Part shown: positions 1 to 9,072 of the stretch, in pieces
Numbering within the stretch: the first letter of the stretch is position 1
Layout of the letters: each line of letters begins with the position of its first letter
Assembly: GCA_018385275.1 (NCBI GenBank)
Contig: JAHAZM010000034.1
Coordinates: 1 to 59,607 of the forward strand
Direction: 5' to 3'
DNA from: Eubacteriales bacterium
GTDB lineage: Bacteria; Bacillota; Clostridia; Christensenellales; MB2-83
DNA length: 59,607 bases
The notes under the pieces: model-generated
The model's database searches: none
What the model saw: the letters and a program-made list of their open reading frames with translations, nothing else
What the model was told of the DNA's origin: nothing
Translations under genes and position numbers: made by a program

Positions 1-25
1 ATCTATAAGAAAGGAAAAAAACGAT

Positions 26-2128
26 TTGAAAAGGATCCTGGCCGTCACGCTCATCCTTCTTTTCGCGGTCTGTCTCCCCTCCTGCCAGCCGACCGACGAG
101 GATGCCGCCGCCGTCAACGCGCTGACCGATACGTTCTTCTCCGCCTGGCGCGCCGCCGACTATGACGGCATGTACGCCTGTCTTTCCCGGAGCACGAAAC
201 AAAATTTCACCAAAGAAGAATTCGCCTCCGTCTACGCCGACACGGCCGCGGCGCTGGGTTTCCAGCTCGTCACCATCCTGCCTGGAAGCACGACGCGCGT
301 TTCAGAGGCGCAGTACGCCTGCTCGTTTTCCGTTTCTTATCTGACCCAGAACGCGGGGCTGCTCGACTACGACATGACCGCCGACGTCTATTTTTCCAGC
401 CGGGGCTGGGAGCTCGAGTGGAACCCGGGCCTGGTGCTGCCGGGACTGCAGAAAGGCGACACGATCCGCTACGTCATCCTGAAAGCCAAACGGGGCGAGA
501 TCTTTGACAGCGAAGGACGACTGCTGGCCGCCAACGGCTACGCCGATACCGTGGTGCTCAATCTGCTGACCTGTCAGGACACCGGCGCGGCGGCCGCGGC
601 GCTGGCTCCGCTGCTGGGCGTGGAGGAAAAAGCCCTCCTCGACAAGATCGACAAAGCCGTCGAGCGGAACGAACAGGTCGCTCTGCTGGCGGATTATCTG
701 CCCGGCACCCTGTCCGAAACTCTGCGCGACTCTCTGACCGCTTTCGACGACGTCTACGTCGACAGTTCCCTCTTCACACCGATCCGCTACTATCCCTACG
801 GGCAGTACGCCTCTCATCTGATCGGCTACGTCGGCGCCATCACCGCCGAAGAACTCAAAACCGAGACCTACGCCGGTTACAAAGGCACCGAGCTGGTCGG
901 CAAGACCGGTCTCGAGGCCTCTTACGAGCGCATTCTCCACGGGGTCGACGGCGAACGTCTTGCCGTCTATTCCGCCGCCGGCAAACGGCGCTTCGATCTG
1001 CGCTGCATCCCCGCCGTCGACGGCCGGGACGTCAAGCTCACCATCGACATCTCCTACCAGGCCTCCGTCGAACAGACTATCCTGAAGTATATTCACGAAA
1101 ACCAGACCGCCGCGGCCGTCGCGCTCGATCCGACGACCGGAAAACTGCTCGCCGCGGCCAGTTATCCCAGTTATAACAACAACGCTTTTTCCTCCGGCAT
1201 CAGCAAGAGCGAGTGGGCTTATTATCAGGATGAGAAGAACCTGTATCCCCTGCTCAACCGCGTGACACGCGGCCAGTACGCGCCCGGCTCGACGATGAAA
1301 CCCTTCGTCGCCTCCTGGGCGCTGGACGCTGGCGTCCTGACGACGTCCGACGTCTTCCCCTACTCGATCACCTCCGACGGCTACTGGAATCCCGTCTCCA
1401 TGTATCCGAAATGGGCTTATCACCGCATCAAGCGCCACACCTCGGGAAGCGGTCCGCTCAATATGTTCCGCGGGCTCGTGCATTCCGACAATATCTACTT
1501 TGCGTGGGCGGCGCTGAAACTGGGCGGCGAGGCCTTCACCGAGCGCGCCGTGCAGCTCGGCTTCACGACGGCCATTGATTTTGAAACGGCGGTTCTGCCG
1601 CCGCAGATCTCCGGCGCACGCGACGTCCGCACCGATCTGGGCCTGCTGGCCGACAGCGGCTACGGACAGGGCGAAATGCTGGTCACGCCCCTGCAGATGG
1701 CCTGTTTCTACGGCGCGCTGGCCAACAACGGCACGATCATGACGCCTTACGTCGTCGAATCCGTCAACACGGACGAAAACGGCGCCCTTTCTCCCGTTTC
1801 CGTTACCGAGCCGACCGTCTGGCGCGCCGACGTGCTCAGCGCGTCATCGCTGTCCCAGGTCCTGCCCCTCATGGTCGAAGTCGTCAATCAGGGCACCGGC
1901 TACAACGCCCGCATTTCCGGCGTCAGCGTCGCCGGAAAAACCGGAACGGCGCAGGTCGGCGACCGCGAGCACACCTGGATGATCTGCTTCGTCAACGACG
2001 ATACCGCCGATCTTCTGGTCTGCGTCATGGTCGATTCCCCCGCCGACGCTGCCAGCGACCGCGTGCTGATGGCCCGCTCCATCATGAAAATCTATTTGGA
2101 TTCCATAAAGGAGGAAAGCGCATCATGA
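26..2128 (+). CDS. Class B penicillin-binding transpeptidase with N-terminal NTF2-like (MecA_N) domain; putative lipoprotein
   Basis: 700 aa; SxxK (PGSTMK), SDN and KTGTAQ motifs; PBP-dimer motifs KRGEIFD, RYYPYG, GKTGLE; lipobox LPSC; TTG start after AAGGA RBS. Confidence 0.9.
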   Translation: MKRILAVTLILLFAVCLPSCQPTDEDAAAVNALTDTFFSAWRAADYDGMYACLSRSTKQNFTKEEFASVYADTAAALGFQLVTILPGSTTRVSEAQYACSFSVSYLTQNAGLLDYDMTADVYFSSRGWELEWNPGLVLPGLQKGDTIRYVILKAKRGEIFDSEGRLLAANGYADTVVLNLLTCQDTGAAAAALAPLLGVEEKALLDKIDKAVERNEQVALLADYLPGTLSETLRDSLTAFDDVYVDSSLFTPIRYYPYGQYASHLIGYVGAITAEELKTETYAGYKGTELVGKTGLEASYERILHGVDGERLAVYSAAGKRRFDLRCIPAVDGRDVKLTIDISYQASVEQTILKYIHENQTAAAVALDPTTGKLLAAASYPSYNNNAFSSGISKSEWAYYQDEKNLYPLLNRVTRGQYAPGSTMKPFVASWALDAGVLTTSDVFPYSITSDGYWNPVSMYPKWAYHRIKRHTSGSGPLNMFRGLVHSDNIYFAWAALKLGGEAFTERAVQLGFTTAIDFETAVLPPQISGARDVRTDLGLLADSGYGQGEMLVTPLQMACFYGALANNGTIMTPYVVESVNTDENGALSPVSVTEPTVWRADVLSASSLSQVLPLMVEVVNQGTGYNARISGVSVAGKTGTAQVGDREHTWMICFVNDDTADLLVCVMVDSPADAASDRVLMARSIMKIYLDSIKEESAS

Positions 2129-2673
2129 ACCGAGACGAAGTGATTCGCCGTATGAAAGAACTGGGGCTGACCGCCTGCGTCTTTCTCGACGACGCCGACG
2201 CCATCCGCGTCTATCCCGAGTTTCGCGTGCTGTGCGAGAAAAACACCTGCCGCGCTTACGACACCAACTGGGCCGGCCCGCCCGCCTGCGGCACGATCGA
2301 AGAGTGCGAAGCTCGTATTCGCCAGTATAAGCGCTCGATTTTTCTTCAATATGTACATACGCTCATAGATTCATATGATTTCGAAGGCATGGCCGAAAGC
2401 GCCCGCCTTTTCCGGGACATGATGAGCGCGGCCAAGAGCGCTTTCCGGGAGCTGTACGACGGAGACTTTCTGATCCTCGGCGCGGGCTGCTGCCGTTATT
2501 GTGAAAAATGCACCTATCCCGACGCGCCCTGCCGCCATCCGGACAAAGCCATCTCCTCCGTGGAATCCTACGGCCTCAACGTGACCGACCTGACGAAAAT
2601 GGCCGGCGCCGATTACGCCTGGAGCAGCGGAAAGATGTACAACGTCGGCATGATCTTTTACGACAGGAGATGA
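2125..2673 (+). CDS. DUF2284-type Cys-rich predicted metal-binding protein
   Basis: CEKNTC..Y.TNW..PP and GAGCCRYCEKCTYPDAPCRHP..SVESYG pattern; ATGA overlap with the PBP gene; AGGAGG RBS. Confidence 0.8.
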   Translation: MNRDEVIRRMKELGLTACVFLDDADAIRVYPEFRVLCEKNTCRAYDTNWAGPPACGTIEECEARIRQYKRSIFLQYVHTLIDSYDFEGMAESARLFRDMMSAAKSAFRELYDGDFLILGAGCCRYCEKCTYPDAPCRHPDKAISSVESYGLNVTDLTKMAGADYAWSSGKMYNVGMIFYDRR

Positions 2674-2680
2674 CCCCTCT

Positions 2681-3172
2681 TTGTTCCATATCGCGCTCAT
2701 CGAGCCGGAGATTCCGCAGAATACCGGCAATATTGCCCGTCTCTGCTCCGTCACAGGCACGCATCTGCATTTGGTCAAACCCCTCGGTTTTGAGCTCTCC
2801 AGCGCCCGTCTCAAGCGCGCCGGTCTGGACTACTGGGACGAGTTGGCCGTGACCGTATATGAAAACCTGGCCGAGTTCCTCGAGCGCAACCGCGGCGCGG
2901 TCATGTTTTTCGCCTCCAGCAAAGCCGCGCAGGCGCATACCGACGTGACGTATCCCGACGGCGCCTTTCTCGTTTTCGGAAAAGAGACCCACGGACTGCC
3001 CGAAAGCCTGCTGGCGGCCCATTACGACCGGGCGGTGCGCATCCCCATGCGTCCTTCCTCCCGCTGTCTGAATCTCTCCAGCAGCGCCGCCGTCATCCTG
3101 TACGAGGCGCTGCGGCAAACGCACTATCAAGGCCTGACCGCTCACGGCGAACTGACCGGACGCGGGGATTAA
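2681..3172 (+). CDS. trmL: tRNA (cytidine/uridine(34)-2'-O)-methyltransferase
   Basis: PEIPQNTGNIAR, LKRAGLDYW, FGKETHGL and RCLNLS SPOUT motifs. Confidence 0.95.
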   Translation: MFHIALIEPEIPQNTGNIARLCSVTGTHLHLVKPLGFELSSARLKRAGLDYWDELAVTVYENLAEFLERNRGAVMFFASSKAAQAHTDVTYPDGAFLVFGKETHGLPESLLAAHYDRAVRIPMRPSSRCLNLSSSAAVILYEALRQTHYQGLTAHGELTGRGD

Positions 3173-3185
3173 GGAGGAAACCGGA

Positions 3186-4631
3186 TTGCTTACCATCATC
3201 GGACTTGGTTACGGGGGCGAAGGCGGCCTGACGCTCGGCGCCCTGACGAAATTAAAAACGGGGGACGTTGTCTTCCTGCGCACGGGCGAATGCTCCGTCG
3301 CCGGTTTTTTGGCGGAAATGGGCGTTCGTTTCCGCACCATGGACGATCTGTACGAGTCGGCCGAGGATTTTGACCGTCTCAATCAGGCCATCGCTGAGCG
3401 CGTTCTTCAGAAAACGGACGGCGACGTGGTCTACGCCGTTCCCGGCGCGGGCAACGCCTCCGACAGCTCCGTGGCGGCTCTGATGACCGCCGCCGAAAAC
3501 GCCGGCCTCCCCGTTGAAAGCATCAGCGGGATCTCCTACGCCGACGCGGCGCTGGCCGCCGCCCGGCTGAACGAAGCGAAAAATTGCCGTATTCTCAGCT
3601 GTTCCGACGCGGCGCAGGTATATTTAGACAGCAGATCGGTCAATATTATAACCGAGATCCATTCGCGCGCCGCCGCCTCCGAGCTCAAGCTCCGCCTCAT
3701 GGAGATCCTGTCCGACGAAGCCGAGATCGTCTTTCTCTCCGCTTCGGACGGCGAAACGCTGACTGCGCGCCGCATCCGTCTCTACGAGCTGGATCAGCAG
3801 GAGCGCTACGATCATCTGACCGGCGTCGTCACGCTGCCGATTAAAGAACTGACCGCTCTGGAGCACTTCGATTTTCTGCATCTGGTCGATCTGATGGATC
3901 TGCTTCGCGCGCCGGGCGGCTGCCCGTGGGACCGGGAGCAGACGCACGACAGCATCAAGCAATGTCTCATCGAGGAAGCCTACGAATCCGTCGAAGCCAT
4001 CGAGGACGACGACCCGGGCAAACTGGCCGACGAGCTGGGCGACGTGCTGCTGCAGGTGGTTTTTCACAGCGCCATCGCCGCCGACCGCGGCGAATTTACC
4101 TGGCGCGACGTGACCGAGGCTGTCTGCCGGAAAATGATCCTCCGTCACACGCATATTTTCGGCAGCGACAAAGCGCAGACCGCCGACGACGTACGCCGCA
4201 ACTGGGAAAAAGTCAAGAACGAGAACGCTCACGAAACCGTTGCGCAGGCCATGGAACGGACGCGCAAAGGCCTTCCCTCTCTGATGGGCGCGACCAAGGT
4301 CCAGAACAAAGCCGCGCTGGTGGGCTTTGATTTTGCCGACGCGGCGGATGCTTTTCTGCGCATTCGCGAAGAAAGCGACGAAACGGCCGCGGTCCTGCGC
4401 AGCGGAGACGCCGCGGCGCTGGCCGACGAACTGGGCGATCTTCTCTTCAGCGTCGTCAACGTGGCGCGTCTCTCCGGCGTACAGGCCGAGATCGCCCTGC
4501 AGAAAGCGACGGACAAGTTTATTCGCCGTTTCCGCTATATCGAAGACCACGTCACCGGCTCGGGCAAGCGTTGGGAAGACTTCACGCCCGCCGAACTCGA
4601 CGTCCTTTGGCAGGAGGCCAAAAAAGCTTGA
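3186..4631 (+). CDS. mazG: YabN-type tetrapyrrole methylase-like / MazG nucleoside triphosphate pyrophosphohydrolase fusion
   Basis: N-terminal IIGLG methylase-like domain; GCPWDREQTH, EEAYE and two ELGD motifs; lies upstream of hup as in Firmicutes. Confidence 0.92.
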   Translation: MLTIIGLGYGGEGGLTLGALTKLKTGDVVFLRTGECSVAGFLAEMGVRFRTMDDLYESAEDFDRLNQAIAERVLQKTDGDVVYAVPGAGNASDSSVAALMTAAENAGLPVESISGISYADAALAAARLNEAKNCRILSCSDAAQVYLDSRSVNIITEIHSRAAASELKLRLMEILSDEAEIVFLSASDGETLTARRIRLYELDQQERYDHLTGVVTLPIKELTALEHFDFLHLVDLMDLLRAPGGCPWDREQTHDSIKQCLIEEAYESVEAIEDDDPGKLADELGDVLLQVVFHSAIAADRGEFTWRDVTEAVCRKMILRHTHIFGSDKAQTADDVRRNWEKVKNENAHETVAQAMERTRKGLPSLMGATKVQNKAALVGFDFADAADAFLRIREESDETAAVLRSGDAAALADELGDLLFSVVNVARLSGVQAEIALQKATDKFIRRFRYIEDHVTGSGKRWEDFTPAELDVLWQEAKKA

Positions 4632-4739
4632 TCCCCCGATTGTGACCGAAAAATAAGACAAATTATCGTTTTTCGCCCTTGATATGCTTAAAAAAATTAA
4701 AATTTCGTAAGATTTTTGAGATTTTTTGCAAAAATAGTC

Positions 4740-4768
4740 TTGCAACTTGACGAGAAATATAGTAAAAT
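4740..4768 (+). promoter_or_regulatory. SigA-like promoter of hup
   Basis: TTGCAA-N17-TAAAAT in an AT-rich spacer, followed by AGGAGG RBS. Confidence 0.55.
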
Positions 4769-4797
4769 AAAGGTATCAACGATAGGAGGAAATACGT

Positions 4798-5070
4798 ATG
4801 AACAAAACAGAACTCATCAACGCCGTCGCGGAAGCGAACGGGATTACCAAGAAAGATACCGCCAAGATTGTGGAGAGCCTGTTCGACGCCGTCGCCGCTT
4901 CCCTGAAGAACGGCGAAAAAGTGCAGATCATGGGGTTTGGTACGTTTGAAGTCCGTAAACGCGCCGCCCGCACCGGTGTCAACCTGAGAACCAAAAAGCC
5001 GATCAAGATCGCCGCAAGCAAAGCCGTTGCTTTCAAAGCCGGCAAAGCTCTGAAGGATAAAGTAAAATAA
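4798..5070 (+). CDS. hup: DNA-binding protein HU
   Basis: [30 protein letters not shown]; 90 aa. Confidence 0.97.
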   Translation: MNKTELINAVAEANGITKKDTAKIVESLFDAVAASLKNGEKVQIMGFGTFEVRKRAARTGVNLRTKKPIKIAASKAVAFKAGKALKDKVK

Positions 5071-5081
5071 GCCGATCACGG

Positions 5082-5117
5082 AAAAACCCGGCGCTCTCTC
5101 GCGCCGGGTTTTCTTTT
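5082..5117 (+). terminator. Intrinsic terminator of hup
   Basis: AAAACCCGGCGC/GCGCCGGGTTTT hairpin plus T-rich tail. Confidence 0.85.
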
Positions 5118-5181
5118 CCTTCACGCGTCCGTCGGACTCGTTTTTCTCCCGCCGTCTCTCCGCGAGTCCCCCTCTCAACGG

Positions 5182-5221
5182 AAAAACCCCTCCGGTCACT
5201 CGACCGGAGGGGTTCTTTTTT
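5182..5221 (-). terminator. Intrinsic (bidirectional) terminator of the GH141-like gene
   Basis: AACCCCTCCGGTC/GACCGGAGGGGTT hairpin flanked by A and T tracts. Confidence 0.85.
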
Positions 5222-5226
5222 CCCGT

Positions 5227-7230
5227 TTATTTCGCTCTTACGCCCGCGGCGGCTTTGACGGCCGCGACGGCCGCTTCATCCCACAAGTAATTGTTCTCAA
5301 ACTGGTAATGTATCTGTCCCTCTTTGAGCGGCTCCAGCATTTCCAGATCGCGCTCCACCGCCGTGTCGGGACTGGTGTAGTTGTCGTGGATATAGTTGTA
5401 GTCTCCCTTGTAGATCCAGTTGCGGTGCGCGTGATCGATCACGTTGTTCGTCACGGTAAAGCCCGCGCTGCCGTTGTCGAGGTAGATCGCGCCGTAGTCG
5501 TTATTGACTTTGCCGACGTAGTTGTCCGAAATCACGCTCAGGTCGTTGCGGCCCAGCGTATAAATGCCGCCGCCGTCGAACAGCACGTTCATGATGTTCT
5601 CGATATAATTGTGCGTGATGCTGTTGTGGCAGAACAAGAACACGCCCTCGCTGTCACGGTAATACATCGTACCAAGCTCCTGCTTGTTGTACCCCCAGCC
5701 CCAGCCGAACGAGATCCCCGTGTACGGCATGTTAATGATGGTGTTGTACGATACGTCCGTATAGCGCACGTATCCCACCGCGATACCGCAGCCGCCGGAA
5801 TATACGCTCGCGCAGTTGTCGATATAGTTATCCGTGATATTGTTGTTCTCCGTCAGCATCCAGCTCTTTTTGTCAAAGTTCGTGCCCTTCCGGTTGATCG
5901 CGTTGTGGTCGGTATCGTGGAATCCGCCCAGCATCACGCCCGTTCCGGCACAGTCGATAAAGCGGTTATACGTGACGGCGCAGTTCTTCGCGCCGACCTC
6001 CAGATGCAGTCCCGCGTTGCCGAGATTGGTAAACAGGTCGCCGTTGAAGATCACGTTGGTTACGCAGTTGCCGTAGATCGCCGCCGACGGCGTCAGGCAG
6101 TTCTTGTTCTCCCAGGTCGTACTGGCGTTGACGCCGCGCGCCTTGTAGAAATTCGCCTGGATCGTCAGCAGACCGAAATCGCTGCTGGCCTGCAGCCACG
6201 TCGTATGGCTGAAGGTCAGTCCGTCGAAAACGATCCCGGATACGAACGCCGTCTCTTCGCCTTCAAAAAGCATCAGATGCTCGAGCCGGCCCAGAACGGT
6301 CTTGGCCGTGCTCAGATCTTCTCCCTCGCGCGGGATATAGTAGATCGTGCCGGTCCCGCTGTTGAGATACCACTCGCCGGCCTCGTCCAGGAATTCATAG
6401 GCGTTCTCCAGCCGCACGACCTGATCGGTGTTAAAAGCCACGCCGCCGTGACTGGCCGTCTGCACATAGCTCTTCCAGCCCGGCTGCTTCATGACGAGCT
6501 TGGCGCTCCCGTCCTCAAAGCTCACGGACTCGGCGTCGATACGCGGCAGATTCCACATATTCTGCATGACGACCTCCAGATCCTGCGGACGGGCCAGCCC
6601 CTCCGGAATGCCGTTCATGAAATACAGCGCGGTCTCGTCAAAAGCCACGCACCTGAACGTCTCCGAGTGAGCGCGGTCGGCGCGCACGCCGTTGACGAAA
6701 AAGTCGCGGCTCTCGATTCCCTCCGCCGGCGCGGACCAGATGTTCTTCTCGCTGTCGGCCAGCGTCCAGCCTGTCACGGTTTTCCCGCCGGAAATCACGG
6801 CCTTCTCGCCCTGATAGGACGTATATACGGTGGTCTTGCCCTCCGCGCTGTCCGCGGCGGTGAAAACCAGCGCCTCGCTCAGCTCATAGGTGCCGCCGCG
6901 CAGGTACACGATGACCTCTCTCTCCGCTTCGGCCAGTCTGGCGCGCGCCAGCTCCTGCGCTTTGACCAGACTCTTGACCGGCGCGGCCAGGGTGCCGGCC
7001 GCGCTGTCGTCGCCGTTGACCGCGTCGACGAATACGTTGCTCGCCTCGTCCTTGACTTCATACGAGGACGTTTTCTCCGGTTCCGGCGTGGGCTCGGGCG
7101 TCGGCTCCGGGGTCGGTTCCGCCGTCGGCGCGGGCGTCGGTGTCGGCGTCGGCGTGCCGGCGCAGGCCGTCAGACAGCCGATCAGCAGGCTTGCCCCGAT
7201 CAGAATCGCAATCAGTTTCTTTACACGCAT
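5227..7230 (-). CDS. Lipoprotein right-handed beta-helix glycoside hydrolase, GH141-like, with Pro/Thr/Glu linker
   Basis: Lipobox LTAC; TPTPTP..EPTPEP linker; GDDSAAGT..P, VYLRGGTY, ISGG, LENAYEFLDEAGEWY, DGGGIYTLG and IYLDNGS motifs. Confidence 0.75.
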   Translation of the reverse strand: MRVKKLIAILIGASLLIGCLTACAGTPTPTPTPAPTAEPTPEPTPEPTPEPEKTSSYEVKDEASNVFVDAVNGDDSAAGTLAAPVKSLVKAQELARARLAEAEREVIVYLRGGTYELSEALVFTAADSAEGKTTVYTSYQGEKAVISGGKTVTGWTLADSEKNIWSAPAEGIESRDFFVNGVRADRAHSETFRCVAFDETALYFMNGIPEGLARPQDLEVVMQNMWNLPRIDAESVSFEDGSAKLVMKQPGWKSYVQTASHGGVAFNTDQVVRLENAYEFLDEAGEWYLNSGTGTIYYIPREGEDLSTAKTVLGRLEHLMLFEGEETAFVSGIVFDGLTFSHTTWLQASSDFGLLTIQANFYKARGVNASTTWENKNCLTPSAAIYGNCVTNVIFNGDLFTNLGNAGLHLEVGAKNCAVTYNRFIDCAGTGVMLGGFHDTDHNAINRKGTNFDKKSWMLTENNNITDNYIDNCASVYSGGCGIAVGYVRYTDVSYNTIINMPYTGISFGWGWGYNKQELGTMYYRDSEGVFLFCHNSITHNYIENIMNVLFDGGGIYTLGRNDLSVISDNYVGKVNNDYGAIYLDNGSAGFTVTNNVIDHAHRNWIYKGDYNYIHDNYTSPDTAVERDLEMLEPLKEGQIHYQFENNYLWDEAAVAAVKAAAGVRAK

Positions 7231-7334
7231 GATTCAGCTTCTCCTTCAACAATTTCTTTCTTTATTATATCTAATTCAATTAAAGAATTCAAGTTCTTTC
7301 TTCTTCATCTTACCGAAAAAAACATTAAGTTTTC

Positions 7335-7364
7335 GACATATTCCGGTCCGCCCCGTCATAGAAT
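7335..7364 (+). promoter_or_regulatory. SigE-like sporulation promoter of the ylmC/ymxH gene
   Basis: gacATAtt-N14-CATAgaaT matches the ATA..CATAcanT SigE consensus; GAGGTGA RBS follows. Confidence 0.55.
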
Positions 7365-7381
7365 GTGCCGAGGTGAGAGAA

Positions 7382-7648
7382 ATGCTCGTAAGAGCCAGTG
7401 CTCTGAAACGCAAGGAAGTCATCAACGTCTGCGACGGCCGGAGACTGGGCGTCATTTCCGATCTCGAACTGATCCTGCCGGAAGGCCGCATCCAGGCCGT
7501 CGTCGTCCCGGGGCCCGGGTCGCTGGGCGGGCTGTTCCGCCCCTGCCAGCCCATCGTGGTCCCGTGGTGCAATATCCGCAAGATCGGCGACGACGTCATC
7601 ATCGTGGACGCGCCCCGCAATTACTGTAAACAGTTAGAGCAAAATTAA
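7382..7648 (+). CDS. YlmC/YmxH family PRC-barrel sporulation protein
   Basis: KEVINVCDGRRLG..DLE..VPWCNIRKIGDDVIIV; true start ATG at 7382 inside track ORF 6890..7648. Confidence 0.92.
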   Translation: MLVRASALKRKEVINVCDGRRLGVISDLELILPEGRIQAVVVPGPGSLGGLFRPCQPIVVPWCNIRKIGDDVIIVDAPRNYCKQLEQN

Positions 7649-7651
7649 CTC

Positions 7652-7680
7652 TTGAAGTTATCGCCGGATAATGCTATAAT
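7652..7680 (+). promoter_or_regulatory. SigA-like promoter of nrdR-pgeF
   Basis: TTGAAG-N17-TATAAT with an extended -10 TG. Confidence 0.65.
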
Positions 7681-7709
7681 AAGAATAATCTTCTCAAAGG
7701 AGAACCGTT

Positions 7710-8165
7710 ATGAGATGCATGTATTGCGGACATACCGAGAGTAAAGTCATCGATTCGCGCCCCACGGAGGACGGCACCTCGATCCGCCGCCGCCGCGAAT
7801 GCATGGGCTGCGGCCGGCGTTTCACCACCTATGAGCACATCGAAACGACCCCCGTTCTCGTCATCAAAAAGGACGGAAGCCGCCAGATCTTCAATCCCGA
7901 CAAGATCCGCAACGGCATCATCAAATCCTGCGAGAAGCGCCCCGTTTCCATGGAAGACATCGACCGCATCGTGGCCGACATCGAGAAGCAGATCAACAAC
8001 CGTCTCGAGCCCGAGGTCTCCAGTCAGGAGATCGGCGAAACGGTCATGAACGAGCTCAAGAGCCTCGACGAGGTCGCGTACGTACGGTTCGCCTCGGTCT
8101 ACCGCCATTTCAAGGACATCAACACCTTCATGGACGAACTGCAGTCCCTTCTGAACGAACAATGA
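7710..8165 (+). CDS. nrdR: Transcriptional repressor NrdR
   Basis: CxxC..SKVIDSR..RRRREC..C..RFTTYE Zn ribbon, ATP cone, [10 protein letters not shown]. Confidence 0.97.
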   Translation: MRCMYCGHTESKVIDSRPTEDGTSIRRRRECMGCGRRFTTYEHIETTPVLVIKKDGSRQIFNPDKIRNGIIKSCEKRPVSMEDIDRIVADIEKQINNRLEPEVSSQEIGETVMNELKSLDEVAYVRFASVYRHFKDINTFMDELQSLLNEQ

Positions 8166-8965
8166 GTCAATACTGTGAAAAAAACGGGGTGCGGCTTCTC
8201 AGCGTCGCGCCTCGTCTGTTTTCTCCGGAGGCGGAGGCCTGGTTCACGACCCGCGTCGGCGGCGTCAGCACGGGCGCTTTTTCTTCGCTGAACCTTTCGA
8301 CGCGCCATGACGACGCGCCGGAGAACGTGGAAAAAAACTTTCTCCTCGCCTGTGAAGCCATGGGCCTCGACAGCCGGGATCTGATCTTCGCTCAGCAGAA
8401 ACACACCGCCGAATGCGCCCTCGTGACTGCGCGCGACGTCCATCGCGGCCGTTTCATCGCCGGAGCCGTTCCCGGCGTCGACGCGCTCATCACCTCTGAG
8501 ATCGGTCCTGTGTTGACGGTACGCACCGCCGACTGCGTGCCCGTTTTCTTATCGGATCGGCGGCACGGCGCGATCGCCGCGATCCACTCGGGGTGGCGCG
8601 GCACGCTCCATGCCATCACTCTGCGCACGCTGGAACGGATGCGCAGCGAATTCGGCACGGAGGGAATCGACGTCTGTGCCGCCGTCGGTCCCTGCATCTG
8701 TGCCGACTGCTTCGAGGTCGATCCGCCGGTGGCGGACGAGTTTATCGCCGCGTACGGCATGAAACGCCTCGTCCGCACCGGTCCCAAATACCACATTGAT
8801 CTGGCGGGACACGTGCTGGATCAACTGACCGGGTTCGGCGTCCCGGAAACTCAGATCGAAGCCGAGCGCATCTGCACGGCGCACCATACCGATCTGTATT
8901 TCTCTCACCGCGCCGAGCACGGTTATACCGGCGGGATGTGCGGCTTTATCCGGCGTCTTCGCTGA
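8162..8965 (+). CDS. pgeF: PgeF/YfiH/YlmD family (laccase-like domain / purine nucleoside phosphorylase)
   Basis: [33 protein letters not shown] and FSHR motifs; ATGA overlap with nrdR. Confidence 0.93.
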   Translation: MSQYCEKNGVRLLSVAPRLFSPEAEAWFTTRVGGVSTGAFSSLNLSTRHDDAPENVEKNFLLACEAMGLDSRDLIFAQQKHTAECALVTARDVHRGRFIAGAVPGVDALITSEIGPVLTVRTADCVPVFLSDRRHGAIAAIHSGWRGTLHAITLRTLERMRSEFGTEGIDVCAAVGPCICADCFEVDPPVADEFIAAYGMKRLVRTGPKYHIDLAGHVLDQLTGFGVPETQIEAERICTAHHTDLYFSHRAEHGYTGGMCGFIRRLR

Positions 8966-8974
8966 TCTTTCTTT

Positions 8975-8996
8975 CCGCCCCTCGGGGCGGTTTTTT
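8975..8996 (+). terminator. Intrinsic terminator
   Basis: CCGCCC-ctcg-GGGCGG followed by T6. Confidence 0.8.
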
Positions 8997-9072
8997 ATTT
9001 GCAGTATTTTCCTTTGCTTTCTGGCGAAAAAAGATGTATACTGTAGAAAAACAGACATCCGGAGCACCCCGC

